NCBI RefSeq assembly: GCF_004010195.1
Contig: NC_057719.1
Coordinates: forward strand, 79,390,061 to 79,410,060
DNA from: Chiloscyllium plagiosum
Lineage: Eukaryota
Direction: 5' to 3'
Length of the DNA stretch: 20,000 bases
The notes under the pieces are model-generated. The model did not search any database. It was not told the origin of the DNA and worked only from the letters and a program-made list of their open reading frames with translations. Below, piece after piece: positions 19,812-20,000 of the stretch. Each line of letters starts with the position of its first letter. The first letter of the stretch is position 1. Made by a program: the position numbers and the translations under genes.

Positions 19812-20000
19812 GAGTCATAGAGTCATAGAGTCATAGAGATGTATAGCATGGAAACAGACCCTTCGGTCCATCCCGACCAGATATCCCAACCCAATCTAGT
19901 CCCATCTGCCAGCACCCGGCCCATATCCCTCCAAACCCTTTCTATTCGTATACCCATCCAAATGCCTCTTAAATGTTGCAATTGTACCAGCCTCCACCAC
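19812..20000 (-). mobile_element. HER1/CR1 LINE 3' end with (GAGTCATA)3 tail, running off the window
   Basis: 8-bp tandem tail GAGTCATA x3 (19812-19835), then catggaaacagacccttcggtcc and ccatatccctccaaaccctt...cctccaccac, the CR1 3' UTR / ORF2 end in reverse. Confidence 0.85.

Noticed and set aside
15866..20000. Next PLEKHG exon (expected AK..EEK..W...IKRLILENH)
   Set aside because: Not found by eye or in the ORF track; it probably lies beyond the window.

Overview
This is a eukaryotic, intron-rich window. The repeat content (HE1/V-SINE, HER1/CR1 LINE tails, DeuSINE-like and Penelope-type elements) points to a cartilaginous fish (shark), which is inference. The + strand carries seven internal coding exons (1022-1122, 3701-3770, 5917-5963, 6205-6355, 13673-13804, 15037-15219, 15773-15865). 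They splice GT-AG in frame into 777 nt / 259 aa covering most of a Dbl-homology (RhoGEF) domain and part of the PH domain of a PLEKHG1/2/3-family gene, best matching PLEKHG3. The gene start and end lie outside the window. The introns hold decayed LINEs (Rex1/Babar-like, CR1 and a CR1/L2-group family), SINEs, three MITE-like DNA transposons, two tandem arrays and several Penelope-type fragments. Three observations stand out. (1) A 19-nt candidate microexon (2464-2482) has strong splice sites plus UGC and TGCATG motifs; it is frame-compatible as a mutually exclusive partner of the 70-nt DH exon and acts as a poison exon if both are included. (2) That 70-nt exon is preceded by a 262-nt AG-free pyrimidine zone. 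(3) Six minimal hammerhead-ribozyme-like motifs sit in Penelope-type repeats, two of them inside a ~200-nt palindrome. Repeat family names come from recall of consensus features, not database searches.
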